Source: Mnemiopsis leidyi (lineage: Eukaryota). From it: a DNA stretch of 64,000 nucleotides. The first letter of the stretch is position 1, and every line of letters begins with the position of its first letter. Positions 45,761 through 58,999 of the stretch are shown here, piece after piece. A program made the translations under genes and the position numbers. The stretch covers positions 4,146,494-4,210,493 of the forward strand of contig CM108484.1 in assembly GCA_048537945.1 (NCBI GenBank), given 5' to 3'. The notes beneath the pieces are model-generated. The model worked only from the letters and a program-made list of their open reading frames with translations, made no database searches and had not been told where the DNA came from.

Positions 45761-47989
45761 TGTTTCATCATCGAAAACGTAATAACAAAAAATCAAAATG
45801 CTTGTGAAACTAATTGTAATAATGCGAAGCGAGATAAGTATCTGAATCGATGGAGCAAGTACTCAATCAGAGATTAAAATATAGATCACGTGGGAGGCTT
45901 TCTAGTCTATTCTACAATAAAACTATCATCTCTAGAAATTGTCATCGTTCCAATAATTGCTGGCAATATAAAAGATACATTTAAAGAGAATGTCATGTCT
46001 AAGTCACGTGATGAGAAGCTGATGTGATTGTATTGTCCGCTTCATAGACAAAGATATTAATTGTATTGCTCGACGAGGAGGAGTGAGCATGCAGTATCTT
46101 TCTGCAATCCCGACACACCCTAACGTGGTTAATACTTTGATCCAGAGTTTTGCATTCCTATCATTTGTGTATACTTATTATATTGGTAGCGTCAGTGTTT
46201 TGTAAATTATAAGCATGAGTGTTGTTCTATATTCTGTAAAACGAAATACACGCCTCCTATCTTTCATCACGTCGATTATAGTAATGCTTGAATTAACATT
46301 CCTCTCCCTATCATGACTGCTTTACTTCTCCTTGTACTCTATACCCAGCTGTTTAACATTTCTGGCATTCAGCCAAATATCACGTGGTTTAGAAATGGCC
46401 CTGTCGGCGGGAAATTAAATATGTGAGCTGAGTGGCCCTATTACTTCTTTAGCAGTGCCCCAACTTCCGTTTTCATTGGGGTTCTTTCTGTGTTCTATTG
46501 TTGTGGTAGATTTGTACACATATTTCTGTACCCGAGCGGCTTGTTGTCAGGGTTAATGTCCTGTAATTTAGTTGGCCATGTTAAGCGCTCTGACATGTCA
46601 AGTCAAGTTGTAGTTATTAGTTGACAAGTTTCTTCGATAGGATATAAAACATACTCCACTCTTGTTACTTAATACTTGTCTTGCAACATTGCTAATTAAT
46701 CGTGTTGGGAGGATATTTTGTATACATGTGTTGTATGCTGTGTTGTTAAGCTCAATTTTTTCAGTTTTTACATAGGCCATTTCACTCAATTGCAGCTGTT
46801 ATTCTCAAATCTCCATGTATATCTCGTTAAGAGTTAAATACGGCTTTTCTTGGGATTAATTTTCTAATCGCCCGATAAGAAGTGTGTTTAATATCGCATA
46901 TATCTTATATCACTTAGCACTTAGCATCAATAGCACACATCTAACGCGGCCCTGTGTTCTTACTACCGAACACGTTACCACTTGTTTGTAACGCTCGTTA
47001 CCATGACAACACACCATCATTACTTCATTGTTTACATTCCAATCTGATGACGTAGGTATCTGGCTCGGACTACTTGTGAATGTTTTAATTAATTTCTCCC
47101 CACCATTGCCAAATCGACCTTGATGCTTTGTCGCTTGTCTTTTCCCGCTGATCGGCACATTCTCTTCTGCCATGTTAACACAGCCTGTCATGCATTTCCT
47201 GACATTTACCTGCCAGTAATCTAACTTTCATACTGTGTTTCTAGTCGCTCGTTCTTTTGTCTTAGCTTTGCACTTCTTTTAGCTTTTAAGATACCTAATT
47301 TGTGCTTGTTATTTGGCTAGAACAGTTTAAGTAGATCAAATTTCTAACTTCTATGCCTTTTTTCACAAAACTTATTTTTCTTTAACTCTCAAATTAATGT
47401 TTATGTATTGTACTCTGTGCCTCGCTATACATTTACTATTGTTGACAAACAATACTCTACACATATTGTAGTGCTACAGGCCAGGTGTACAGATAATCAA
47501 GTATTAACAGGGAGCCTATAAGACACTTTACACACAGAGGGGTAAAAGGGAGGGAAAACTATGTGAGTTTCTAGCGACTACCATAACCAATTTGTACGTG
47601 TTTCTGTACTGTGTCTGTGAGTGTGTTTCTGTACTGTGTCTGTGAGTGTGTCTACTGGCCTACTGCTCTTTTGCTCCTGTTGAGCAGTTAAGTACGTGAC
47701 TTTTCTTGTTGTAACTCTCTCCCAAATGTTTGTGGAGAGATTACCAAATTGTCTTTAAACACAGAAGAGGGAATATGGAATATTTCACATAGGTTACCTG
47801 ATAACTGCAAGTAAGTTTGATTCCAATAAATTCTGCCTCTAAATTAATTTGTTACAAAATTACAGTTTTGCCGTAGCTGATTTTACCGCCACATTACTGC
47901 ACCTGTATACGCATATTTGTATAAAATTTGTGACTTTACATGTACACTTTACATGTACACTTAATACGTAGTTCAAAGTAAGTTTACTT

Positions 47990-50900
47990 GTACTGTACAA
48001 CTACACTGTACCTTGCGTCTCGTAAATCTCCGCCCATACAGTATCGCCTCTACACGGTTTATAGTTTTACCGATATTAAATTCTACACGGTTTATAGTTT
48101 TACCGATATTGAATTGTACACGGTTTATAGTTTTACCGATATTAAATTCTACACGGTTTATAGTTTTACCGATATTAAATTTTACACGGTTTATAGTTTT
48201 ACCGATATTAAATTCTACACGGTTTATAGTTTTACCGATATTAAATTTTACACGGTTTATAGTTTTACCGATATTAAATTCTACACGGTTTATAGTTTTA
48301 CCGATATTAAATTCTACACGGTTTATAGTTTTACCGATATTAAATTCTACACGGTTTATAGTTTTACCGATATTAAATTCTACACGGTTTATAGTTTTAC
48401 CGATATTAAATTCTACACGGTTTATAGTTTTACCGATATTAAATTTTACACGGTTTATAGTTTTACCGATATTAAATTCTACACGGTTTATAGTTTTACC
48501 GATATTAAATTTTACACGGTTTATAGTTTTACCGATATTAAATTTTACACGGTTTATAGTTTTACCGATATTAAATTCTACACGGTTTATAGTTTTACCG
48601 ATATTAAATTCTACACGGTTTATAGTTTTACCGATATTAAATTCTACACGGTTTATAGTTTTACCGATATTAAATTCTACACGGTTTATAGTTTTACCGA
48701 TATTAAATTTTACACGGTTTATAGTTTTACCGATATTAAATTCTACACGGTTTATAGTTTTACCGATATTAAATTCTACACGGTTTATAGTTTTACCGAT
48801 ATTAAATTCTACACGGTTTATAGTTTTACCGATATTAAATTCTACACGGTTTATAGTTTTACCGATATTAAATTCTACACGGTTTATAGTTTTACCGATA
48901 TTAAATTCTACACGGTTTATAGTTTTACCGATATTAAATTCTACACGGTTTATAGTTTTACCGATATTAAATTCTACACGGTTTATAGTTTTACCGATAT
49001 TAAATTCTACACGGTTTATAGTTTTACCGATATTAAATTCTACACGGTTTATAGTTTTACCGATATTAAATTCTACACGGTTTATAGTTTTACCGATATT
49101 AAATTCTACACGGTTTATAGTTTTACCGATATTAAATTTTACACGGTTTATAGTTTTACCGATATTAAATCTTTTTTATTAAATTTTTCTTAGCATATTA
49201 AACATTTGTTTTACGTATTAAACTCACGTTTATTTTTCGATATAATCTTTATAGTTTCCGAATTAAATTCTACACGGTTTATATTTTACCGATATTAAAT
49301 TCTACACGGTTTATAGTTTTACCGATATTAAATTTACACGTTTATAGTTTTACCGATATTAAATCCCGGTTTAGTTTACCGATATTATTCGTTTATTACC
49401 GATATAATTACGGTTTAATTTACGATATTAAATTTACCGGTTATAGTTTACCGATATTAAATTTTCACGGTTTATATTTTACCGATATTAAATTCTACAC
49501 GGTTTATAGTTTTACCGATATTAAATTCTACACGGTTTATAGTTTTACCGATATTAAATTTTACACGGTTTATAGTTTTACCGATATTAAATTCTACACG
49601 GTTTATAGTTTTACCGATATTAAATTCTACACGGTTTATAGTTTTACCGATATTAAATTCTACACGGTTTATAGTTTTACCGATATTAAATTTTACACGG
49701 TTTATAGTTTTACCGATATTAAATTCTACACGGTTTATAGTTTTACCGATATTAAATTTTACACGGTTTATAGTTTTACCGATATTAAATTCTACACGGT
49801 TTATAGTTTTACCGATATTAAATTCTACACGGTTTATAGTTTTACCGATATTAAATTTTACACGGTTTATAGTTTTACCGATATTAAATTTTACACGGTT
49901 TATAGTTTTACCGATATTAAATTCTACACGGTTTATAGTTTTACCGATATTAAATTCTACACGGTTTATAGTTTTACCGATATTAAATTCTACACGGTTT
50001 ATAGTTTTACCGATATTAAATTTTACACGGTTTATAGTTTTACCGATATTAAATTTTACACGGTTTATAGTTTTACCGATATTAAATTCTACACGGTTTA
50101 TAGTTTTACCGATATTAAATTCTACACGGTTTATAGTTTTACCGATATTAAATTCTACACGGTTTATAGTTTTACCGATATTAAATTCTACACGGTTTAT
50201 AGTTTTACCGATATTAAATTCTACACGGTTTATAGTTTTACCGATATTAAATTCTACATGGTTTATAGTTTTACCGATATTAAATTCTACACGGTTTATA
50301 GTTTTACCGATATTAAATTCTACACGGTTTATAGTTTTACCGATATTAAATTTTACACGGTTTATAGTTTTACCGATATTAAATTCTACACGGTTTATAG
50401 TTTTACCGATATTAAATTTTACACGGTTTATAGTTTTACCGATATTAAATTCTACACGGTTTATAGTTTTACCGATATTAAATTCTACACGGTTTATAGT
50501 TTTACCGATATTAAATTCTACACGGTTTATAGTTTTACCGATATTAAATTTTACACGGTTTATAGTTTTACCGATATTAAATTCTACACGGTTTATAGTT
50601 TTACCGATATTAAATTCTACACGGTTTATAGTTTTACCGATATTAAAGTCTACACGGTTTATAGTTTTACCGATATTAAATTTTACACGGTTTATAGTTT
50701 TACCGATATTAAATTCTACACGGTTTATAGTTTTACCGATATTAAATTTTACACGGTTTATAGTTTTACCGATATTAAATTTTACACGGTTTATAGTTTT
50801 ACCGATATTAAATTCTACACGGTTTATAGTTTTACCGATATTAAATTCTACACGGTTTATAGTTTTACCGATATTAAATTCTACACGGTTTATAGTTTTA

Positions 50901-51680
50901 CCGATATTAAATTCTACACGGTTTATAGTTTTACCGATATTAAATTCTACACGGTTTATAGTTTTACCGATATTAAATTCTACACGGTTTATAGTTTTAC
51001 CGATATTAAATTCTACACGGTTTATAGTTTTACCGATATTAAATTCTACACGGTTTATAATTTTACCGATATTGAATTGTACATGGTTTATAGTTTTACC
51101 GATATTAAATTCTACACGGTTTATAGTTTTACCGATATTAAATTTTACACGGTTTATAGTTTTACCGATATTAAATTCTACACGGTTTATAGTTTTACCG
51201 ATATTAAATTTTACACGGTTTATAGTTTTACCGATATTAAATTCTACACGGTTTATAGTTTTACCGATATTAAATTCTACACGGTTTATAGTTTTACCGA
51301 TATTAAATTCTACACGGTTTATAGTTTTACCGATATTAAATTCTACACGGTTTATAGTTTTACCGATATTAAATTTTACACGGTTTATAGTTTTACCGAT
51401 ATTAAATTCTACACGGTTTATAGTTTTACCGATATTAAATTCTACACGGTTTATAGTTTTACCGATATTAAATTCTACACGGTTTATAGTTTTACCGATA
51501 TTAAATTCTACACGGTTTATAGTTTTACCGATATTAAATTCTACACGGTTTATAGTTTTACCGATATTAAATTTTACACGGTTTATAGTTTTACCGATAT
51601 TAAATTCTACACGGTTTATAATTTTACCGATATTGAATTGTACATGGTTTATAGTTTTACCGATATTATGCTGATTATGC
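47990..51680. repeat. 33-bp satellite array (atagttttaccgatattaaatt[c/t]tacacggttt), ~110 copies over ~3.6 kb, with a decayed stretch at 49195..49490
   Basis: A perfect 33-bp period produces the 11-aa periodic pseudo-ORFs (YTVYSFTDIKF)n at 47988..49193, 48013..49182, 50258..51763 and 51072..51674. Two unit variants (aaattctacacgg and aaattttacacgg) alternate irregularly. Rare variant units (gaattgtacatgg) recur at ~48110, 51070 and 51630. Confidence 0.95.
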
Positions 51681-53527
51681 CTGGTACTGCTCTGCCAACA
51701 CGTCTAATGCAATTTAAAGCTGTAATTGAAATCTTTTGGCCGTATCTTTTCACACTGGCTTGAGCTGGAATCCTATTTTTAGATTTCCGCATACAGTTTT
51801 AGCTCTTTAATCTATACCTGAATTTTCTTATTAATATTTTATCACGCCTTATCCTGCTCATTGTATTGAAATTGTTAGGCTGTCACGTTACTATGTTGCG
51901 TTAGCACGTACGGTTATTTTCATGTAACACTTAGATACAGCTATTTTGAGAGCTATAGTATTGGGTCGCTTTTCATGTGCAGTTTTACGTTGCTTACAAC
52001 CACGATATATGGTAACTCTGAATAATTATCTATCAATTAATTAATGGCTCGACTTCTAGACATTAAAACGACTATGTCAAGATACCACATTCAAATTACA
52101 AGGATTCAGATCTACTAATTTTTACTTTTTAAATCTTCCATAGCCGCTGAAAGTGTTGAGTTGTGTTTTCACAATTACGTACACGTGCTTGTATGTCTTT
52201 TAGGATATTTAACTTTAACAGTTACTAACTTAATGATATACACTGTATTCACAAGTACACTGTAGTCACACAAATTTCAGTCACATACATTACAGTCACA
52301 TACACTATAGTTCATATATACATTACGGTAGACTGTAAACAGACAAACAAACCTACGTCCTACACAACTAGAATCTCTGCTATGACCTCACTTCCGTTCT
52401 CACTACAAGGCGTAGGATATAATGTATTATTACTACATAATAAATCGTCTAGATATAACCAGATAGATAATATCTAACAATATCTCCTAGCCTGTTACTA
52501 TGGTTACCCCTGTAGAGTTGCACATTCTCCGGACTGGGGTGTGATCAAGAGGCCCTAGTACTGTAAATAGTAGTTCACAGCACGCTACTGGCTACCCAGC
52601 TACATGTAACGTGTAACTCGAACTGCTACATGTAACGTGTAACTGCAGACTCTACTTGATGGATTTGTTCTTTATCATGTCATTATCGGCCCTGTTTTTC
52701 TTGCTCAGACTTTCTGCTTGATAGTTGTCTATTTGTTTATGCTGATTAATTTCGTATTTTCGTATGCTGTGTTTTTGCTTATTTCGTATTTTGTTATCAT
52801 TCCAGTTGCTTTGGAGTCGCTTCCAAACTTTGCTAAAAAGACTGGACGAAAAATGCAATTCATAATGATACAATGTTTATAAAAGTTTCGCTCTGTTACC
52901 ATACCCCTGTCTGCCCCCGCCTGCCCATCTAATGAGATATGATCTACATCTTAGATGAGCAGACTCCGCTATAATTGGGTTATGTACAACCAAGACCTGC
53001 GATTTAAGATGTAGTGACAACAAGTGACTGTACCAAAACTTGGAGACATCTCGCTGTAGCAAATCAGAAGTGACCGTTCCATTTAAGATTAACTTGAGAA
53101 AATAAAGAAATCTCGCTGCGTTTAATCTGGCACACTAATTAAATAGAAAGCAGGCTAGCTTGCAGTGCGCTCCGTGTTGATTATACCTTGTATAGCTGTA
53201 CTGGGCTACTAATGTGCATCCCTCCCCCCACTACTGTCTGATAATGATGTGGACACTCCCTTTTCCATTAATGTCAATTTTGTCGTCGTGAGAACTTAGA
53301 AATCCTGAACTCGTTGTGGAGTTTGTGGGTGTGGCATTCTGTTTTAGGTAACAGGTTTCTTCGTTTTTGTGACGTCAGCAAGATTTGATATTGCATGATG
53401 TCATCAATCTCAGCTTGAGGTTAAATTGCTTTTTGCAAACCATTTTCTTTCGTTCAAAGTACAAAATCTTGATTTTGTAGATATTTCTCAACAGTCCATC
53501 ATATCGTAACTTCGTTTTATTTTGTAC

Positions 53528-53876
<349 letters not shown>

Positions 53877-53982
53877 GATCCAGGTAGAAAGATGATCTTG
53901 TCTGATATCCCACACCTGTTACAGTCCCCTATCAGATCTTCAGTCACTGAACTACAGTTCCTATAGTCACTGTTCATGTCCT

Positions 53983-54050
53983 CACGTGACTGTCTCCTAG
54001 TTACTGCTGTCATGTGAACACGTGTCACGTGATCAGCCACGTGTCACGTG
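53983..54050. promoter_or_regulatory. Cluster of five canonical CACGTG E-boxes plus one CATGTG variant within 68 bp. The candidate binders are bHLH-ZIP factors (Myc/Max, USF, MITF/TFE class).
   Basis: ctcacgtgac at 53983, then gtgaacacgtgtcacgtgatcagccacgtgtcacgtgaagtg (54016..54053), which is a tandem of (cacgtgtcacgtga) x2. It lies immediately 3' of the (AC)n tract and ~4.2 kb upstream of the DENND5-like start codon. Confidence 0.35.
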
Positions 54051-55854
54051 AAGTGTAGTTATTGTTCCACACTCCTAACCAGAACTCTGTGCGTGTACTG
54101 CACTCACTTTTACTCCAGCACTGAAAACTAATCCGAGGTTAATCTGCTCGTTCCGAATGTGGTAGAGAGTAGTGGGGACAGGCCTGGTTTATTTGCTATC
54201 AAGTAGGTAATTATGTAATTTGTTACATACGTTAGTCATTTAATTTGTGGTTCTGATGATCACTTTTTCGTCGTCCACGAAACTATTAGGTCTACAACGG
54301 TTTCTTAGAAATGCCAATGTTTTTCTCAGTAACCTTGCGTTTTGTAGCATAGGAGATTCTTTTATAATCTAACATGTAAACTCGAAGTGTTAATTTTTGA
54401 AGTTTACACGCAAGACTGACAGTCTAATTGAATGATGCTCAATTTGACTGACAAAGACATTATTAACTGTTCACCTTTTTTGACTTTAATGTTATTTCTC
54501 TTGTACGCGAAAGTTGTTTATACTCAGTTTTATTTGTGGGTATTGAGTAAGATTACTTCTGTTTTTGTACATAGCTTGTAGGTATCAACAGTAGTTTTGC
54601 TCAGTTGTTTTAAGTTTTAACTCGGACTATTACATAGAGTATAATAGTATCCACCAAACCCCACCTTAAACAACCGTTGTGTAGCACGTGCAAGAAAAGT
54701 GCAGGATGTAGCGCGCGCCTCACAAAGCGCACGTGGACGACAATGTGGTGTAATGAGATCTCACTCCCATGACTCTCTGGTAGGACACCGCCGTAGACGA
54801 TCTAGCACTGTCAGCTTCAAGTCTATTAACAAGATACCTGGCGATGGGAAACCAGGTACAAAACCGGGTGTGATGTGTTGTGTGAAATGTATAGTGGGGA
54901 TTTACACGTATATATTGTTTGTGTAGTGCATACATTTGTATACATTTGTATACATTAGTGTACAGTTCACACGAAGTTGTACAATTAGAAGTATTACAAT
55001 AATAAAATTTAACGATTTTGTGCTCGCATTTTTTAAGTTTTATGTGTGGGCTTTTAGCGGGTTTCTGGCTCACAGCCCGGTATTATATGTGATATCATTT
55101 TCATAACTATGTAACGTTGATCGTTATTATGCGTAGCTAGTATAGGTTCCAAAGTAACTAGTAAGTGCTAAAACACGTACACACACAAACTGTATTTCCT
55201 AAGTTTGATACTATTGTACACACAGCTCCGCTGAAAAAAGTTAACGTAAGATTTAAAACATGCGGCGACGGAACGGCAGGTGAACAATATCCCAGTTTGT
55301 ACTTTAAAACACCGCGTGTATCTTCTCACTAACTTACTACACATACACTTACAGCAGCAGTAAGTACTCACTGAGTAAGTAAGGACTAAGTACTGACTTG
55401 ATGAGTAGGTACTGACAGTATGAGTCTGGAGCTGGGTTTCTTAGTGTACTTGGTCGCTAGGTGATTAGTCTCTTGTTGTAGTGCAGTGCCGCTCTACAAA
55501 ATATCCACTAATCCATTCCTTCAACAGTTTTGTTAGCTCTTTCTCTGCTTTAACAGTTTGTCTCTTGGTCTGGGTTTGAGTTTGTTGTGAGAGAAGCCTT
55601 GTTTTTGTGTTTGTTTGTGATGTAACTACCTGTAGAATGAAGATACAAATCTTACTACATTATATATCTGACCGTACGTAGATACTATCTATCGTTTTTA
55701 ACAGCATTTCCATTGAATAGATAAAATATAAATATTGATATCAACAACATTCAAATAATCTTTGAATTTAAAATCAACTCACAAGCCAATTATATTAATA
55801 CATTACCACTGCCTGCTTGTAAATCTTGTGTTATACAGTTGAGTCTAAAGTAGA

Positions 55855-56625
55855 CTGCCTGCCTGAGCCTTGACTACATATTTACACTTCTAAACATGAT
55901 TATAATGTATTATGTAGTACGTAGCCTGAGCCTTGACTACATATTTACACTTCTAAACATGACTATAATGTATTATGTAGTACGTAGCCTGAGCCTTGAC
56001 TACATATTTACACTTCTAAACATGATTATAATGTATTATGTAGTACGTAGCCTGAGCCTTGACTACACATTTACACTTCTAAACATGATTATAATGTATT
56101 ATGTAGTACGTAGCCTGAGCCTTGACTACATATTTACACTTCTAAACATGATTATAATGTATTATGTAGTACGTAGCCTGAGCCTTGACTACACATTTAC
56201 ACTTCTAAACATGACTATAATGTATTATGTAGTACGTAGCCTGAGCCTTGACTACATATTTACACTTCTAAACATGATTATAATGTATTATGTAGTACGT
56301 AGCCTGAGCCTTGACTACATATTTACACTTCTAAACATGATTATAATGTATTATGTAGTACGTAGCCTGAGCCTTGACTACATATTTACACTTCTAAACA
56401 TGATTATAATGTATTATGTAGTACGTAGCCTGAGCCTTGACTACACATTTACACTTCTAAACATGACTATAATGTATTATGTAGTACGTAGCCTGAGCCT
56501 TGACTACATATTTACACTTCTAAACATGATTATAATGGATTATGTAGTACGTAGCCTGAGCCTTGACTACACATTTACACTTCTAAACATGACTATAATG
56601 TATTATGTAGTTACATAACGAGTAA
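55855..56625. repeat. 63-bp tandem repeat, ~12 copies (gcctgagccttgactaca.atttacacttctaaacatga.tataatgtattatgtagtacgta)
   Basis: Direct reading. Spurious ORF 55896..56618. Confidence 0.9.
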
Positions 56626-57721
56626 GTGTGAAGTAAGTACGTGTATAAAGATTCTCCTTGTAGGCCTTATCTTCTCCTGACTTATTTCCAATCACCTTTT
56701 CCTATCTCCCAGAAAATTAGATTAACTCCGGTCCGGATCACTTTATAGATAACGCTCCCTCCCATTAACCTAGTCTACTGTTTAAAGTACAGTGTTTAAA
56801 GTAAACAGCAGATAAATTATATAGTTTACAACTTTGTAGTTTGTAACATTAGAACTACATTTCCTACCCACTTCTCGTTCAATATACACAACAATGATGA
56901 AGTCAAGTCATGTAAAACTTAAGTTATTGGTTATTCTGTTATCAAATTAGGCTCAGGCTCCTAGGATTTACATGAATAAATTCCAGATAAAATACAGGTA
57001 AGTATCATATTGCCAGTGCTCACCGACGACATGATATAATTTCATAATGATAGGGATTAGAAGGCCCCATTTCTCGAGCCATCATTCCCCTGTATGATAG
57101 GGTATTCCACATTGCTACCTGTACCCATCTTCCACAACGTTAGTTCTCGTCTTTTTTCGTAATGACCTCCTGCTTGCTGTACGATGGTGTTATTTTGGAG
57201 GAATTTTCCGACTATTGGAATTATATTGATCTTTCAGGTAAGTTTATCTCTGTGTTATACACATCGTAAATCGTTATGATTATATTTACTGTACTGTCTA
57301 TTGTATGGCGAGAGACCAAGGTATACAAATGCCGTGTAAAGTAAGATTATCGTAGTTTTGTACATATTTGACTGGTTCTGACGTGGCGTAAGTGTAGAAT
57401 TTCTCAGTTCTGATGACCGTGTAATAAGGCTACATACTAGAGCAGAAGTGTGTACAGTTTCAAATTACATCTTATAATCTAGTAATCTCGTAATTCACGT
57501 CCATAGTAACTTGTGAGTAAAGAAGTACAATGTACAGTAGACATATCTCTCAGAAGAGCTAACACAAGTAATATTATAGTAAGGGTGTGTGTAAGCAAGT
57601 CATATCATACTTATATTAAACAAGTTGTTTAACACTCTGTTAGTCCTTTTAATATCACACCTTCCTCCTATCTCCTATAAAATATTTGAAACTCAATGTC
57701 CCATGCTAATTAAATGTCTCA

Positions 57722-58265
57722 AACTTTTGCCATGAAAACACTACGTTTTGCCTCAAATTGTTTCTATGAAAACAAAACTTGTCTCAAACTGTAACTGTGG
57801 AAACATATCATGTCTCAAATTGTTACTATGGAAACATATCATATCTCAAATTGTTTCTATGGAAACATATCATGTCTCGAAAACTGTCTCAAAGTTTTAC
57901 TATGAAAACATATCATGTCTCAAACTGTTACTATGGAAACATATCATACTCGAATTGTTACTATGGAAACATATCATGTCTCGAAAACGGTTTTAAATTG
58001 TTACTATGGAAACATATCATGTCACAAATTGTTACTATGGAAACATATCATACTCGAATTGTTACCATGGAAACATATCATGTCTCGAATTGTTACTATG
58101 GAAACATATCATGTTTCGAAAATGTCTCAAATTGTTACTATGGAAACATATCATGTCTCAAATTGTTACTATGGAAACATATCATACTCGAATTGTTACT
58201 ATGGAAACATATCATGTCTCAAATTGTTAGTATGGAAACATATCATGTCTCAAACTGTTTCTATT
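57722..58265. repeat. 31-bp minisatellite (tgtctcaaattgttactatggaaacatatca), ~16 copies with occasional 12-bp insertions. It ends 6 bp before the DENND5-like start codon.
   Basis: Direct reading. It generates ORFs 57748..57996, 57779..58285, 57915..58382 and 58006..58230. Only the last 30 codons of 57915..58382 are judged coding. Confidence 0.9.
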
Positions 58266-58271
58266 TCAGGT

Positions 58272-58361
58272 ATGGAGGGAGGTGAAGCGCCCTCAGTAGC
58301 GGACTACTTCGTTGTCGCGGGACTTGACGACAACGTCACTCTCCTGCAGCCGCCTGAATAT
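58272..58361 (+). CDS. DENN-domain protein (DENND5 / Rab6-interacting-protein-1-like), exon carrying the start codon: MEGGEAPSVADYFVVAGLDDNVTLLQPPEY
   Basis: The N-terminal motif ADYFVVAGLD matches the DENND5A/B N-terminus ([22 protein letters not shown]) by my recall. A strong donor tat|gtaagt is at 58362. An acceptor-like tttcag|gt immediately precedes the ATG, suggesting an upstream 5'-UTR exon. Confidence 0.5.
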
Positions 58362-58999
58362 GTAAGTTGTGCAGCCGCTTGAATAAGTTATATCTTGAAA
58401 AAGTTATATCCTGTAGCCTATTTTACTGAGAAGTGTAGGTACTGAAAGGATATTTTAAATTCAGTCACAAAAATAAGATTTATATTCTATTGTCAAATAA
58501 TTATCAAGAAATCAAGTAAATTTACAAGAAGGTGATGTCTCAATTTTGAAAATCGTATCGTGAATTCACTGTTCACTGGGACATTAATGATGTAAATCGT
58601 CAAATCGGACATGGGAAATTTCCTAGACTCAAATTTCTGAGCCTCAAATGTTGGGTCTTTAACTTAATTTTTTTTCAAGCATTGAAAATTTTTTACAGTT
58701 GCCAATGTTCACTGACCAGTAATTCCCACGATTCGTAAATCTTCTTAGTATTTCCATTCACCTTATAAAAAGATCAAAACCGAAATCACACTGCACTAAA
58801 CTGCTCATTACTATGAATCTAGATGTTCAAAAAGAAACATTTTCAGGGTTATTAAATTGTATAAACTTGTTAAGATTTTAAGTATTTTTTGATAAGGCAA
58901 AGAGATCAATGTAAAAAAATTTAAAAACAGTCTTTACTATAACTATATCGATTCCAATTTCAAAAAGCGAGGAATTCATGATGATTGATTAAGTAATAA

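Noticed and set aside
47988-51763. ORFs of 401, 389, 501 and 200 aa with the 11-aa periodic sequence (YTVYSFTDIKF)n; also the possibility of a CRISPR array
   Set aside because: They are translations of a perfect 33-bp satellite. The repeats are contiguous with no unique spacers, the context is eukaryotic, and no cas genes are present. The element is a satellite and neither a CDS nor a CRISPR array.
55896-58285. ORFs 55896..56618, 57748..57996, 57779..58285 and 58006..58230
   Set aside because: They are periodic translations of the 63-bp and 31-bp tandem arrays. Only the 90 nt after the ATG at 58272 is accepted as coding.
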